Assembly (NCBI GenBank): GCA_043801855.1
Contig: JAZDLQ010000017.1
Coordinates: 90,625-154,624 of the forward strand
Direction: 5' to 3'
DNA: 64,000 nucleotides
DNA from: an archaeon
GTDB lineage: Archaea > Nanobdellota > Nanobdellia > Woesearchaeales > GW2011-AR15
In this document: positions 19,083 to 29,370 of the stretch, piece after piece
Layout: each line of letters begins with the position of its first letter
How positions within the stretch are numbered: the stretch's first letter is position 1
Notes under the pieces: model-generated
The model's database searches: none
What the model saw: only the letters and a program-made list of their open reading frames with translations
What the model was told of the DNA's origin: nothing
Program-made: the position numbers and the translations under genes

Positions 19083-20594
19083 TTATTGCGTAGGCTCAAT
19101 TACTATTTGCTTTCCCTTGTTTTTTCCAACAGAATGGATTGAGCAGGAAATGCACGGGTCAAATCCTCTTACTATGTGCGCAGCTTCAAGAATGCTGTCG
19201 CTTTTGCTTAATTTAGTTCCAATTAGCGCAGCTTCAATTGCAGAGTGATGCCCTTTTGAATCAATAGGAGACGCATTCCATGTTGTTGGGGTGATTATCT
19301 GGTATGATGTGACTTTGGAATCTTTGATATTGATCCAGTGACTAACCGCTCCCCTTGGGGCTTCAGCTAGTCCAACTCCAGAGCCATTTTTCACTTCTTC
19401 AAATGGGTAATAGAATGGCTTTTGAAGATCAATCTCAGAAACCCACTCAATTAATTTTGGCATGATTAATAAGATTTCATGCAGCCTGGCAATAGTTCTT
19501 GTGAATGTGTTTATCCCAAATGCGCCAACAAGGTCTTTTATTAACGGATCTTCATTAACAATCTGCCTTGCAAGAGGGCCGCATTCTACTGCGTGACCAA
19601 AATACCTGGGTGTTTTTATCCATGAATAAGCTCCATTTTTCTTAGGATGCGGTTTTGTCTTTCCGTTTAATGGATGTCTCCATTCATTTTCTGATTCATA
19701 GTACGATGAAGCCGTATCTTCAAAAATTAATTTGCTGTCAACTGGATGAAATATTCCTCCTTCGACATATCCTGGCTTAAAAAGATAGCTTCCGTTGCTG
19801 TTTTTGCCATATCCGAATGAAAGGAAATTATTAGGTGATCCTTCTCCATATTTATGAAGGCCGATGTCCTGTGCATACCTAATAAATACTCCAACATCAG
19901 AATCAGCAAAAGCTTTATTTTCCATAAGCTTTAGGAGGTCTTTAACTGTTTTTACTTTTTGCCAGTCTTCAATTGTTACTCCTCCCAGAATTTCCTGCTC
20001 GATAAATGCCTTTACTTCTTTAAGCATAGTATCTGTTTTTATCAGTTCGATGAATTTAGGTATGCTGCATACTCCACCTGGAACTGCATGCATTGGATGA
20101 GGGAATTTTCCGCCAAATGTTGCAACAACGCTGTGCAGAGGAATTCTTGCCTTGACTAAAACATCTTTTAAGTGAGGGCTTTTTAGCGGGTCAAATCTTT
20201 TTAAGACTTCTTTATACAATGGCTGGTTTTTATAAGCATCATTGACTAAATCAGGGCCCCACATAAAATAAAAATGTGTTGCATGGCTTACGCATATATT
20301 TGATCCAAGAACAACATCTCTGACAAGCTGCGCATTTCTTGGAATCTTAAAATTTGCTGCAGCTTCAATTGCAATAGCGCCTGCTGTTCCGTGCGAAACA
20401 GGGCATACTCCGCATGTTCTTTGAGACATTCTCATGGCGTCAAATGGCTTTTGGCCGATAAAAATATTTTCAAATCCTCTATATACAAAGCCAAGAGATT
20501 TTGCATTAGTAATTACGTTTTTGTCATCAACGCTTATTTCAATAGCCATGTCTCCTTCAATTCTGTTTAATGGGTCAATTGTTAATTTTTTCAT
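19083..20594 (-). CDS. [NiFe]-hydrogenase large subunit, group 2 (HupV/HoxC-like)
   Basis: PLNRIEGD, L1 RTCGVC, L2 DPCISCSIH followed by a 16-aa extension. Confidence 0.93.
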   Translation of the reverse strand: MKKLTIDPLNRIEGDMAIEISVDDKNVITNAKSLGFVYRGFENIFIGQKPFDAMRMSQRTCGVCPVSHGTAGAIAIEAAANFKIPRNAQLVRDVVLGSNICVSHATHFYFMWGPDLVNDAYKNQPLYKEVLKRFDPLKSPHLKDVLVKARIPLHSVVATFGGKFPHPMHAVPGGVCSIPKFIELIKTDTMLKEVKAFIEQEILGGVTIEDWQKVKTVKDLLKLMENKAFADSDVGVFIRYAQDIGLHKYGEGSPNNFLSFGYGKNSNGSYLFKPGYVEGGIFHPVDSKLIFEDTASSYYESENEWRHPLNGKTKPHPKKNGAYSWIKTPRYFGHAVECGPLARQIVNEDPLIKDLVGAFGINTFTRTIARLHEILLIMPKLIEWVSEIDLQKPFYYPFEEVKNGSGVGLAEAPRGAVSHWINIKDSKVTSYQIITPTTWNASPIDSKGHHSAIEAALIGTKLSKSDSILEAAHIVRGFDPCISCSIHSVGKNKGKQIVIEPTQ

Positions 20595-21484
20595 TGTGAG
20601 TCACCTCCGTAGAGGACTTTTTTCTTCGCTTTAACCATGTCTTCAACTTCCTTTGGAAGGCTTAGTGTTTCCTCACTAAATGGTGTCATTGTCACTGGAA
20701 ACCCAGGGTCACAGCAGCCAATGCATGGAGCGCCTGATCTTGTACAGGATGAAACACCGTTCCATAATCGTACATTGCAGTCTGCGTTTGTTGTTCTGCC
20801 TTTGCATCCAAGAGTTGCTGCGTAGCATCCAACTTCAGTATAATTCTTTGCCCAAAGTCCTCTTTCATGGAATTCGCAGTGCTTGCATCCTCTATGGACT
20901 TTCTCCTCAAAATAATCTTTTGGCCTGTTGTATTCATCAAGAACTACTGGCCTTCCAAGCCTAAACGACTGGATTGTATTAATGACCCAGTCAGGATGAG
21001 TTGGGCACCCAGGAATATTTATTACTGGAAACCCAAGGCCTGAAATATAATCTTTTCCAAGAAAGCCACCCTTTGTATGACCATGAAACTGCAGGCCAGT
21101 TGCTCCTGATTCATTAGGCGGAGCAGCAGGGATTCCTCCGAATGCTGCGCAGGTTCCGACTGCAATAGTTAAGTTTGATTTTGAAGCAAAATTTTTTACC
21201 ATATTTTTAACGTCTTCTCCTCCGAAAAAATCTCCAAACCCTTCTTTCATAGGAACACTTCCCTCAAATACAAATAAGTCAATCCTTATTTTTCCACCTA
21301 AACAGTCATTAAACAATTTTTTTGCTTCTGCTCCAAAAACAGGGCTAATTGTTGGGTGATACAATAAATTAATATTATTTCTCTTAAGAAAAGTCAGGAA
21401 ATCCGGTCTCTCTGCGTCAAATACAGACATTGAATCTCCGTCGCATGTCTGACCCTGCATCCAAATAAGATTTAGCTCTTGCAT
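20591..21484 (-). CDS. [NiFe]-hydrogenase small subunit, cytoplasmic (HupU/HoxB-like)
   Basis: No Tat signal; TCDGDSMS, GTCAAFGG, GCPTHP, VHRGC, LGCKG, DCNVRLWNG, CIGC. Confidence 0.93.
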   Translation of the reverse strand: MQELNLIWMQGQTCDGDSMSVFDAERPDFLTFLKRNNINLLYHPTISPVFGAEAKKLFNDCLGGKIRIDLFVFEGSVPMKEGFGDFFGGEDVKNMVKNFASKSNLTIAVGTCAAFGGIPAAPPNESGATGLQFHGHTKGGFLGKDYISGLGFPVINIPGCPTHPDWVINTIQSFRLGRPVVLDEYNRPKDYFEEKVHRGCKHCEFHERGLWAKNYTEVGCYAATLGCKGRTTNADCNVRLWNGVSSCTRSGAPCIGCCDPGFPVTMTPFSEETLSLPKEVEDMVKAKKKVLYGGDSQ

Positions 21485-21572
21485 TAAACTCCACCTCTTT
21501 TAAGCTCTCTATTTTTATTTAAAATATTTAGTTTATTTAAATAAAATATTAACTCTAAATAATTATTATCAA

Positions 21573-21629
21573 TTAAGTATATAAATATTTAGTTAAGTAT
21601 ATAAATATTAACTACACAATTATGTAGTT
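21573..21629. promoter_or_regulatory. Duplicated TATA unit plus palindromic operator
   Basis: ttaagtatataaatatt at 21573 and 21593; aactaca-N6-tgtagtt at 21610-21629 just before ATG 21631. Confidence 0.6.
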
Positions 21630-21630
21630 T

Positions 21631-21987
21631 ATGAAAAAATGTGAATTTAGAAAAATGCTATTATTTCTTGGAAAAAAATATAGTCTTACTTTATTATATG
21701 TTATGTCTGATGAGCCAATAAGATATAATCAGCTTTTTTCGCTCTTTAAGTCAAATATCAATCCTACATTACTATCCAGGCGCCTCAAAACTATGCAAGA
21801 GCTCAGATTAATAAAAAGGATAATTGTTGATAACACTGTTTTTTATGTCCAGACAAAAAATGCAAAAAGTCTAAAAAACACGCTTGATTTGCTAAAGAAA
21901 TTAATGGCACAAGAAAACTATTTTGTGCCTGCAATATGCCGAAACGTAAATAGCAGATGCACTTGCGATTTACTAAAAAAAGCCTGA
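21631..21987 (+). CDS. HxlR/MarR-type winged-helix regulator with Cys residues
   Basis: LGKKYSL..L, IRYNQL, INPTLLSRRLK; N-terminal Cys and C-terminal CRNVNSRCTC. Confidence 0.85.
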   Translation: MKKCEFRKMLLFLGKKYSLTLLYVMSDEPIRYNQLFSLFKSNINPTLLSRRLKTMQELRLIKRIIVDNTVFYVQTKNAKSLKNTLDLLKKLMAQENYFVPAICRNVNSRCTCDLLKKA

Positions 21988-22119
21988 GCACCATTTTTTA
22001 CAGATTTAGTTTTTCTAACCTTTTTTCCTATTTTATCATCTATCTTTTTTAAACTCTTACTACTTTAAAGTGCTACAATATAAATATAAACTCTTTGTGA
22101 ATATTTAATTTTGTATATT

Positions 22120-22177
22120 TATTCGAAGTAGTATATTATTCGAAGTAGTATATTATTGAGTTGTATATTATTGGAAG
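22120..22177 (+). repeat. 15-17-bp tandem repeat upstream of the chemosensory genes
   Basis: tattcgaagtagtatat x2 exact, then tattgagttgtatat, tattggaag. Confidence 0.85.
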
Positions 22178-22185
22178 GTGATTAT

Positions 22186-22350
22186 ATGTCAAAGAAAGAG
22201 AAATGCAAAGAGTTAATGACAAAATTCTTTGGCCCTGCCTCTGCTGCGCTGGTTGATACAATGAGTGAAGAAGAATGTGTTGCTAAATGCAAGGCAAAAG
22301 TCTTAGGTTTTTTAGGTGCAGAAAAAGCAAAGGAGTTTGATAGTATCTGA
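22186..22350 (+). CDS. Small helical hypothetical protein (54 aa)
   Basis: GGAAGGTGA RBS before ATG; three Cys. Confidence 0.7.
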   Translation: MSKKEKCKELMTKFFGPASAALVDTMSEEECVAKCKAKVLGFLGAEKAKEFDSI

Positions 22351-22400
22351 TTAAATAAACAATTAATTAAAAAACTACAAAAAAAAGAGGTGGGGACTAA

Positions 22401-23792
22401 ATGAAAATTAGGGATTTAATATTCACGATGTTTATTGTAAGTATAATTGTTAATTCTGCTATTATTGTTGCTTTTGCGTCAGGCAAAGTCAACCAGATTA
22501 GTGAAGTAACTTCTAAATCCAGTTCAGATACTTTAAAAAATAACGCAGCAAAAAGCTTAATTGATACGGCAATTGGACTTAAGGATTCGCTGGACAGCCA
22601 ATTAACAAACCATTACACTCTTGTAAAAACATGGGCAAGCAACCCTCTATTACAGCAGACTTCAAAAGAAGCGCAAAAATACTCAAAAGAAGCACTTTAT
22701 GAGATGTGGAGCGCGCAAAGCACAAGAGTATATGATGAAGGAGAGGCTACAGGAGACGGAAATCCTGACAATGATTTAAGTTCAACAGCATCAAAGTATT
22801 TAATAACACTTTCTACAATGACTGGAGTTTACCCTGAAATATTCACAACAGATAATAGAGGCTATGCTATTGCAGCTAATGTTGCAACAGGTGATTTTGA
22901 TCAGGGGCCAGATGACTGGAGAGTTTTTTTAAATGAAGCCGGACAACCTTATTTTAAGCAAAATAAACCTGGAGTTGACCAGGAGCCATGGTATTATGCA
23001 GCAAATCAGGCAGTTGACGGGTTCTATATAAGCAAAACTATTTATGATGAAAGCTCTGGTACTTGGGGATTGGAATTAGTCAGCCAGATGAGAGATCCTA
23101 CTAGTTTGGAATACCTTGGCCAGATAAAAGCAGTTTTTGATTTTAGCAAGTTTGTAGGCCAGCTTGTTAATGTAGAGGATCTTGCTGTTGATGAAATCCA
23201 GGTAATTGATGCAAGCGGCAAGGTAATTGCTGATTCAGACGGCAAAGCAGTATCAGGAGATCTTGCAACAATAGATTCAGCTTTTATGAGCGAGATTAAC
23301 AAAGGTAAAAATTCAGGCTACGTTGCCAGAGTAGATGAAGAAGGAAATAAAGTAATAACTGCTTATGCAAGGTCAAATGATAAAAATAAATATGTTGTTG
23401 CAGTATCTAAAAGAGAAAGTGATATTGATATGCCTATTAATAGTTTTGTTGACGGTTTGACCGGAAACATTAAAAAAGTTGGCAGTGAGTTGCAGATGAA
23501 TATAATAATAATTGCAGCAGTTGTTGGTCTTCTTACGCTATTAGTTGCATTTGTTGTAATAAATGCGCAAATAGTAGATCCTGTAAACAGGCTTTCAGAA
23601 GTAGCAGATAAATTAACAGATGGCGACTTTTCAGTAAGCATGCCGGAAATAAAAACCAGAAATGAGATTCAGAAATTCTCTGCGTTGACTGCGTTGTTAG
23701 TTTCGATTATTAAACAGGGCAGAGAAGGCAAGAAAGAAGAGCATAAAGAAGAGAAAAAAGAAGAACATAAAGAAGAGCATAAAAAGAAATAA
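22401..23792 (+). CDS. Membrane sensor: TM-dCache-like-TM-HAMP, no signalling domain
   Basis: EIFTTDNRG, PWY, VIDASGKVIADS Cache-like motifs; HAMP PVNRLSEVADKLTDGDFS..NEIQKF; ends in KEEHKEE repeats. Confidence 0.8.
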   Translation: MKIRDLIFTMFIVSIIVNSAIIVAFASGKVNQISEVTSKSSSDTLKNNAAKSLIDTAIGLKDSLDSQLTNHYTLVKTWASNPLLQQTSKEAQKYSKEALYEMWSAQSTRVYDEGEATGDGNPDNDLSSTASKYLITLSTMTGVYPEIFTTDNRGYAIAANVATGDFDQGPDDWRVFLNEAGQPYFKQNKPGVDQEPWYYAANQAVDGFYISKTIYDESSGTWGLELVSQMRDPTSLEYLGQIKAVFDFSKFVGQLVNVEDLAVDEIQVIDASGKVIADSDGKAVSGDLATIDSAFMSEINKGKNSGYVARVDEEGNKVITAYARSNDKNKYVVAVSKRESDIDMPINSFVDGLTGNIKKVGSELQMNIIIIAAVVGLLTLLVAFVVINAQIVDPVNRLSEVADKLTDGDFSVSMPEIKTRNEIQKFSALTALLVSIIKQGREGKKEEHKEEKKEEHKEEHKKK

Positions 23793-23875
23793 TTAACACT
23801 AATTTTTTCTTTTTTTCTTTCGATACATTTATATACTTGCTTCTCAGTTAATTTTATAAAAAAGAGGTGTGGGAT

Positions 23876-26281
23876 ATGAGGCTAAATGACATTAGCATTA
23901 GATGGCAGTTACTGATTATCTGTGTTCTATTGGTCAGCGTTCCGTCGATTATACTTGGTGTGATAAGCTATAATACTATAAAAGCTGAAACTGAAATTCA
24001 GGTTGAGCAAAACCTGATTCTGCAAAATAAAATTATCATGAATAATGTTAGGGATTATTATGATCTGTCAATGAAAAATCTCGAATCTAATCTTGCAACA
24101 GCTGAAGTTATTGCAACAAAAGGTGTCCTTACACCCAGAAACTATGCTCTTGATTATCAACATAAGTTAAAAGTGAATGCTGTTAACCAGATAACAAAAC
24201 AGTCAAAGCAATTAGATATACCTACAATGACGGTTAATGATGATTCTGCATATCATGATTTTATCTATGTAGATAGAATTAAAGAAGCAGTTGGAGGGAC
24301 AGCAACAATTTTCCAGCTTATCCCTGACGGATTATTCAGGATATCTACAAATGTCATTAATGAAGACGGATCGCGTGCTGTTGATACTTATATTCCTACT
24401 GATTCTCCTGTATACAAATCTATAATTTCCGGTCAGACTTACTATGGAAATGCTTTTGTTGTAACTGCCTGGTATGTTGCTGCATATACACCTATCCGGG
24501 ATTCTTCTGGTCAAGTTATCGGTGCATTATATGTAGGTATTCCTGAAAAAGATTTTAAAGAACCAGTCCTTCAGTCACTATCTGAAATAACTGTCGGTAA
24601 AACCGGATACTTATGGATACTAAATGAAAAAGGCGAATACGTGCTTTCTCTTAGCAGAAAAAGGGATGGCGAAAGCATATATGATTCACAGGATTCAAAT
24701 GGAAGAAAGTTTGTTCAGGAATGGCTCGCAAAGGCGCCTTCCATGAAGCATGGAGAAGCAGTAATTGATTATTATCCTTGGAAAAATACAGGAGAGACAC
24801 ATGAAAGATTAAAAATTGCGTCATATTCTTATTTTCCTGAATGGAAATGGACAGTCGGCTCAAGCATTTATATGGATGATTATTATGATAATCTTAATGC
24901 AATAAAAAACCAGACTATTCTGACAGTAATTTTCTTTATTGTAATTGGCTCATTTGCTGCTTATCTTGTTGCATTGAATATCAGAAAAATGCTTAAGCCT
25001 CTATCTGACGTTATGAAAAAGCTTGCTGATGGCGATTTGTCGGCAAGAGTTGATATGCATAATGTAGGAAAAAATGAGTTTGGAGAGCTTGCTTGCGGAA
25101 TTAATGCAATGCTTGATAATACCGCAACACCAATTAAAGAATTAAGCTTAGTTGCAAAATCAATTACAGATGGCGACCTTAATGTAAAAGTTGAAGTCAA
25201 TGCAAAGGGCGACATGGTAGTTCTTGTACAGGCAATTAGGACAATGGTTGAAAGCCTAAGAGATTTTGTAGTTTTAGTTTCAAAAAACGCAAATATGGCA
25301 GCAACATCTGCTGAAGAGCTTTCAGCATCGGCTGAAGAAGTAAATGCCTCAACAGAGCAGGTGAACGCAACAATTCAGGAATTATCTAAAGGAGGGCAAA
25401 ATCTGGCGACAATTGCTGCCAATACTAAACAAATAGTTGAATCAGTCGGAATGGCGGCAAGGCTTGTTTCAGAAAGCAGCAAAAAGGCAACAGAAGGTGC
25501 AACAAAAGCCGGAAAGATTGCACAGGAAGGAACTGATGCTGGAAAAAAAGCAGATCTTGTGATGAAAAATATTTTAGAAAGCACTCAGGCAACAACTAAA
25601 AATATTAGCCAGCTTGATGATAAAAGCAAAGAAATTGGAAAAATTATCGATGTCATAAATAGCATTAGCGAGCAGACAAACCTTCTTGCGCTAAATGCGG
25701 CAATAGAAGCAGCAAGGGCAGGAGATGCAGGAAGAGGATTTGCAGTTGTTGCAGATGAAGTAAGAAAGCTTGCTGAAGAGTCAAAGAAAGCAACAGCCCA
25801 GATAGCTGAGATGATAACTTCAATACAGAGCGGAACAAAAGAAAGTGTTGAAGATATGTCCAAAGCAAGTAAGGTTGTTCAGGAAGGAACTGCTGTTGTT
25901 ATGTCTGCTCTTGCTTCGCTTGAAGAAATTTCCATAATTTCAAAAGATGTGGGAATGCAGGTTCTCGAGGTTAATGCAGCAGCTGAACAGGCATCAGTTG
26001 GAATTGATCAGGTAAATAAATCAATCCATGAGGTAAGCGCAGTTGCAGAGGAGAGCGCTGCTGCAACAGAGGAAGTATCAGCATCAATGGAAGAGACTGG
26101 AAGCTCAATGCAGCAGGTTAGTTCAGAAGCGCAAAATCTTGCAAAGGGGGCTGATGAGCTTCGGCATTTATTATTAAGGTTTAAGGTTAATTCAGATGAA
26201 GAGATTCCTATGCCAAAACCGTTCCCAGCTAAGAATGCCTTCCCTGACGATAGTCATAAGCTGAAGAAAGATAAGCATTAG
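23876..26281 (+). CDS. Methyl-accepting chemotaxis protein (Cache_3-Cache_2-like sensor, two HAMP domains)
   Basis: [23 protein letters not shown]; [38 protein letters not shown]; GAGGTG RBS. Confidence 0.96.
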   Translation: MRLNDISIRWQLLIICVLLVSVPSIILGVISYNTIKAETEIQVEQNLILQNKIIMNNVRDYYDLSMKNLESNLATAEVIATKGVLTPRNYALDYQHKLKVNAVNQITKQSKQLDIPTMTVNDDSAYHDFIYVDRIKEAVGGTATIFQLIPDGLFRISTNVINEDGSRAVDTYIPTDSPVYKSIISGQTYYGNAFVVTAWYVAAYTPIRDSSGQVIGALYVGIPEKDFKEPVLQSLSEITVGKTGYLWILNEKGEYVLSLSRKRDGESIYDSQDSNGRKFVQEWLAKAPSMKHGEAVIDYYPWKNTGETHERLKIASYSYFPEWKWTVGSSIYMDDYYDNLNAIKNQTILTVIFFIVIGSFAAYLVALNIRKMLKPLSDVMKKLADGDLSARVDMHNVGKNEFGELACGINAMLDNTATPIKELSLVAKSITDGDLNVKVEVNAKGDMVVLVQAIRTMVESLRDFVVLVSKNANMAATSAEELSASAEEVNASTEQVNATIQELSKGGQNLATIAANTKQIVESVGMAARLVSESSKKATEGATKAGKIAQEGTDAGKKADLVMKNILESTQATTKNISQLDDKSKEIGKIIDVINSISEQTNLLALNAAIEAARAGDAGRGFAVVADEVRKLAEESKKATAQIAEMITSIQSGTKESVEDMSKASKVVQEGTAVVMSALASLEEISIISKDVGMQVLEVNAAAEQASVGIDQVNKSIHEVSAVAEESAAATEEVSASMEETGSSMQQVSSEAQNLAKGADELRHLLLRFKVNSDEEIPMPKPFPAKNAFPDDSHKLKKDKH

Positions 26282-26307
26282 CAAAAAAAAACTTATGCCT
26301 GTGAAAA

Positions 26308-26799
26308 ATGCCTGAAAACAAAGAAAAATCACTTGGAATCGAAAAGCAGTTAGTAATCTTTAAGCTTGGTAAAGAAGAATTTGGCGTTGACATCAATCAA
26401 GTTAGGGAAATTATTAAGATGGAAGCGATAACCAAAATCCCTAACACTGAAGAATACATTCAGGGAGTAATTAACCTAAGAGGTAAGATAATTGTAATTG
26501 TCGAATTATCAAAAAAGCTTAACATGATTTCAGGTGAAAAAAACAAGGATACCAGGATAATTGTAACAGAAATTGGTGATAGCACTATTGGAATGATTGT
26601 TGATAATTGCAACGAGGTCCTAAGATTATCAAGCAGCCAGATTGAGGCTGCTCCTGAGATTATTACTAAAAAAATAAACTCAGAATATATTGTAGGAGTT
26701 GGTGTCATTAAAGAGAGGCTTATTATCCTGCTTAATCTAGGAAAAGTGCTAGGCGATAGTGACATGCAAAAACTTGAAGCGCTAAAAGAGACCGTCTAA
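26308..26799 (+). CDS. cheW: CheW coupling protein
   Basis: EEFGVDINQVREII, GVINLRGKII. Confidence 0.95.
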   Translation: MPENKEKSLGIEKQLVIFKLGKEEFGVDINQVREIIKMEAITKIPNTEEYIQGVINLRGKIIVIVELSKKLNMISGEKNKDTRIIVTEIGDSTIGMIVDNCNEVLRLSSSQIEAAPEIITKKINSEYIVGVGVIKERLIILLNLGKVLGDSDMQKLEALKETV

Positions 26800-26816
26800 G
26801 CTTTGTTAAGCCAGAT

Positions 26817-27443
26817 TTATTTTTTTGCTTCAGACAAAATAATATTTATAGATTCTGTATTAAAATTTACTATCAAATCAGAATATAATGGCACTTCACA
26901 ATTATCTGCGTATAATACTGTATGTATGTTGATTAGATAAGTTGTTGACTCATCGAAGTTCTTGAAGAAAACTTTTTCTATAAATTCAGATGAGTTCACC
27001 TTGAAAAAAGTGGGTGGTGACAAGTCCATCCTAAACTTAACCATTTTTGAAATTGCAGAGATATATGAGCTTATGATTATGTTTGAATACTCTTTTAAGA
27101 TGTCTATGCTGTAACTATCCAGCTCCTTATCTGAATTTTTCTCTTGAGGATTTAGGCAATTAACAATGCTGCGCGATGTTTCTTCACCCAACAGATTGAA
27201 TAAACAGCCACTGATATTTCCTGAAATTTTTTCAAACACAGTTATTATTTGCTGCTCCCCGCCGACATGTGTGAGAATTTTTTCTTTTTCAATAAGGCTT
27301 ATATCTGTAATTTTCACTAGAATATCTTTGTTTATTAGTTTACCAAGCGCTCTAGAGGATTTGCCAAGACCAATATTTGTTAATTCCTTTATAATATCAA
27401 TATCGAATTCACTTAATTTTAGCTCTTTTACAATGTTTGCCAT
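26817..27443 (-). CDS. cheC: CheC-family protein (paralogue 2, antisense to the cluster)
   Basis: DIIKELTNIG and DILKEYSNII sites. Confidence 0.85.
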   Translation of the reverse strand: MANIVKELKLSEFDIDIIKELTNIGLGKSSRALGKLINKDILVKITDISLIEKEKILTHVGGEQQIITVFEKISGNISGCLFNLLGEETSRSIVNCLNPQEKNSDKELDSYSIDILKEYSNIIISSYISAISKMVKFRMDLSPPTFFKVNSSEFIEKVFFKNFDESTTYLINIHTVLYADNCEVPLYSDLIVNFNTESINIILSEAKK

Positions 27444-27575
27444 ATTATTTTTTCATTTATGATAAGTATAAATATCTATCTTTTTTAAGATATTGATTGA
27501 ATTTTCAAATAATTTTCAATATAAAAATTTATAAACTGCAGCTACATTTACCAGATTAATAAATGAGGTGATCAG

Positions 27576-27941
27576 ATGAGTAAGAAAGTAATGATAGTTG
27601 AAGATTCAAATCTTATGGTTTCTGTCATAACAAATTTCATAAAAAAATCAGGCATGGATATAAACATTGTAGTTGCCCATTCAGGAGAAGAATCGATTGA
27701 GCTTTATCAAAAAGACAGGCCAAACCTTGTTTTTATGGATATAAAGATGCCCGGAATGGATGGAATAACTGCTCTTGAAAATATTAAGAAAATAGATAAT
27801 TATGCTAAAGTTGTGATGTGTACTTCATTAAAGGACCCTGACAGCGAGGAGCGATCTAAAAAGTGCGGCTGCGTCGGTTATATAATGAAGCCATTTGGCA
27901 GCAAAGATATTATTGATGCGCTTGAAAAGAACCTGAGGTGA
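27576..27941 (+). CDS. cheY: Stand-alone response regulator (CheY-like 1)
   Basis: VED, MDIKMP, CTS, KPF; GAGGTGA RBS. Confidence 0.88.
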   Translation: MSKKVMIVEDSNLMVSVITNFIKKSGMDINIVVAHSGEESIELYQKDRPNLVFMDIKMPGMDGITALENIKKIDNYAKVVMCTSLKDPDSEERSKKCGCVGYIMKPFGSKDIIDALEKNLR

Positions 27942-27949
27942 AGTTAAGC

Positions 27950-28312
27950 ATGGCCCTAAAAGTATTAATAGTTGATGATTCACTTTTTATGAGAACTATG
28001 CTTAAGAAGATAATCACAGAAGCTGGTGCAGAAATTGTTGCTGAAGCAGGTGACGGCGCAGAAGCTCTTATAAAATATAATGAAGTAAAGCCTGACCTCG
28101 TGTTTCTTGATGTTGTGATGCCAAATGTTGATGGAATTCAGGCTCTGAAAAATATTAAAGCCTCAAATCCGGATTCTACAGTTATCATGTGCACATCAAC
28201 CGGCCAGGATATGATAGTCAAAGAAGCCGTTGACTCAGGCGCTGCAGACTTTGTGGTTAAGCCATTCTCAAAAGAAGATATTCAAGGAATAATCCAAAAA
28301 TACCAGGGATGA
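27950..28312 (+). CDS. cheY: Stand-alone response regulator (CheY-like 2)
   Basis: VDDSLFMR, LDVVMP, GAADFVVKPF. Confidence 0.92.
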   Translation: MALKVLIVDDSLFMRTMLKKIITEAGAEIVAEAGDGAEALIKYNEVKPDLVFLDVVMPNVDGIQALKNIKASNPDSTVIMCTSTGQDMIVKEAVDSGAADFVVKPFSKEDIQGIIQKYQG

Positions 28313-29367
28313 ATTTCCCTACTAGGAATATTATGATAAATGTTTTAGTAGTTGATGATTCTGCATTTATGAGAAAAGTAATTTGTGATATTTTGACCGT
28401 TGATAATGAAGTAAAAATTGTCGGTGTTGCAAACAATGGTGCCGGCGCTCTTAAAAAAATTACTGAGCTTCATCCTGATGTTGTTACTATAGACCTTCAT
28501 CTTCCTGATATTGATGGGACTGATTTGATTAAGCAGATTATGAAAGAAAATCCTGTTCCTATTGTTGTTGTAAGTGCATTTACAAAAAATGACTCTGCGC
28601 AGATAATAGAAGCTCTGCAGTCAGGAGCAGTTGACTTTGTTAAGAAGCCATCCGGTGAAATATCACTTAATATTAGGGAGATTGGAGCAGATATTATTAA
28701 TAAAGTAAAGGCAGCTTTCATATCGAAACTTAAGACAGGGTCGCAGGAAAAGAAACATGTCATTGTAAGAAAATTTAACCCGTCTAGAAAAAAAATTGTT
28801 GTGATTGGCGCTTCAGCCGGTGGGCCGCCTACACTAGAGGCGCTTTTAACTTTGCTTCCTAAAAATATTCCTGTGCCTATCCTTATTGTCCAACATATGC
28901 CGCCAGGTGATTTTACAGCAACTCTTGCAAATAGGCTTGACTCAATTTGTGAAATTCGAGTAAGAGAAGCAAAAGAAGGAGATGAGTTGCAAAACGGAGT
29001 TGCACTAATTGCTCCAGGGGGCTTTCATATGGAATTAAAGACAGATAATCCTCTATTTGAAGGAAAAATTGCGCTTAATACCGAGCCCAGAGAGCTTGGA
29101 GTAAGGCCTTGTGTAAATCGGCTTTTTGCTTCAGCTGCAAAAATATTTCAGGAAAACACTATTGGAATAGTCCTCACAGGAATGGGTTCTGACGGCAAAA
29201 ATGGTGCCGGTGAAATTAAAAAATATAACGGAACAATTCTGGCTGAATCTGAAGAATCATGCGTCATTTTTGGCATGCCAAAAGAAGTAATTAAAGCAGG
29301 CCTAGCTGATGAGATTGTGCCTATAGATAAAATGGCAGTAGCGCTAGTGCAGCTTGTTGAAGTGTAA
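28309..29367 (+). CDS. cheB: CheB methylesterase (REC + esterase)
   Basis: VDDSAFMR, GASAGG, VQHMP, LTGMGSDG; true start may be 28333. Confidence 0.96.
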   Translation: MNFPTRNIMINVLVVDDSAFMRKVICDILTVDNEVKIVGVANNGAGALKKITELHPDVVTIDLHLPDIDGTDLIKQIMKENPVPIVVVSAFTKNDSAQIIEALQSGAVDFVKKPSGEISLNIREIGADIINKVKAAFISKLKTGSQEKKHVIVRKFNPSRKKIVVIGASAGGPPTLEALLTLLPKNIPVPILIVQHMPPGDFTATLANRLDSICEIRVREAKEGDELQNGVALIAPGGFHMELKTDNPLFEGKIALNTEPRELGVRPCVNRLFASAAKIFQENTIGIVLTGMGSDGKNGAGEIKKYNGTILAESEESCVIFGMPKEVIKAGLADEIVPIDKMAVALVQLVEV

Positions 29368-29370
29368 AAA

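Noticed and set aside
19083-19170. Selenocysteine ([NiFeSe]) hydrogenase
   Set aside because: L2 reads DPCISC with ordinary Cys codons
22111-22177. CRISPR array
   Set aside because: Units are 15-17 bp and directly tandem with no spacers; no cas genes in the window
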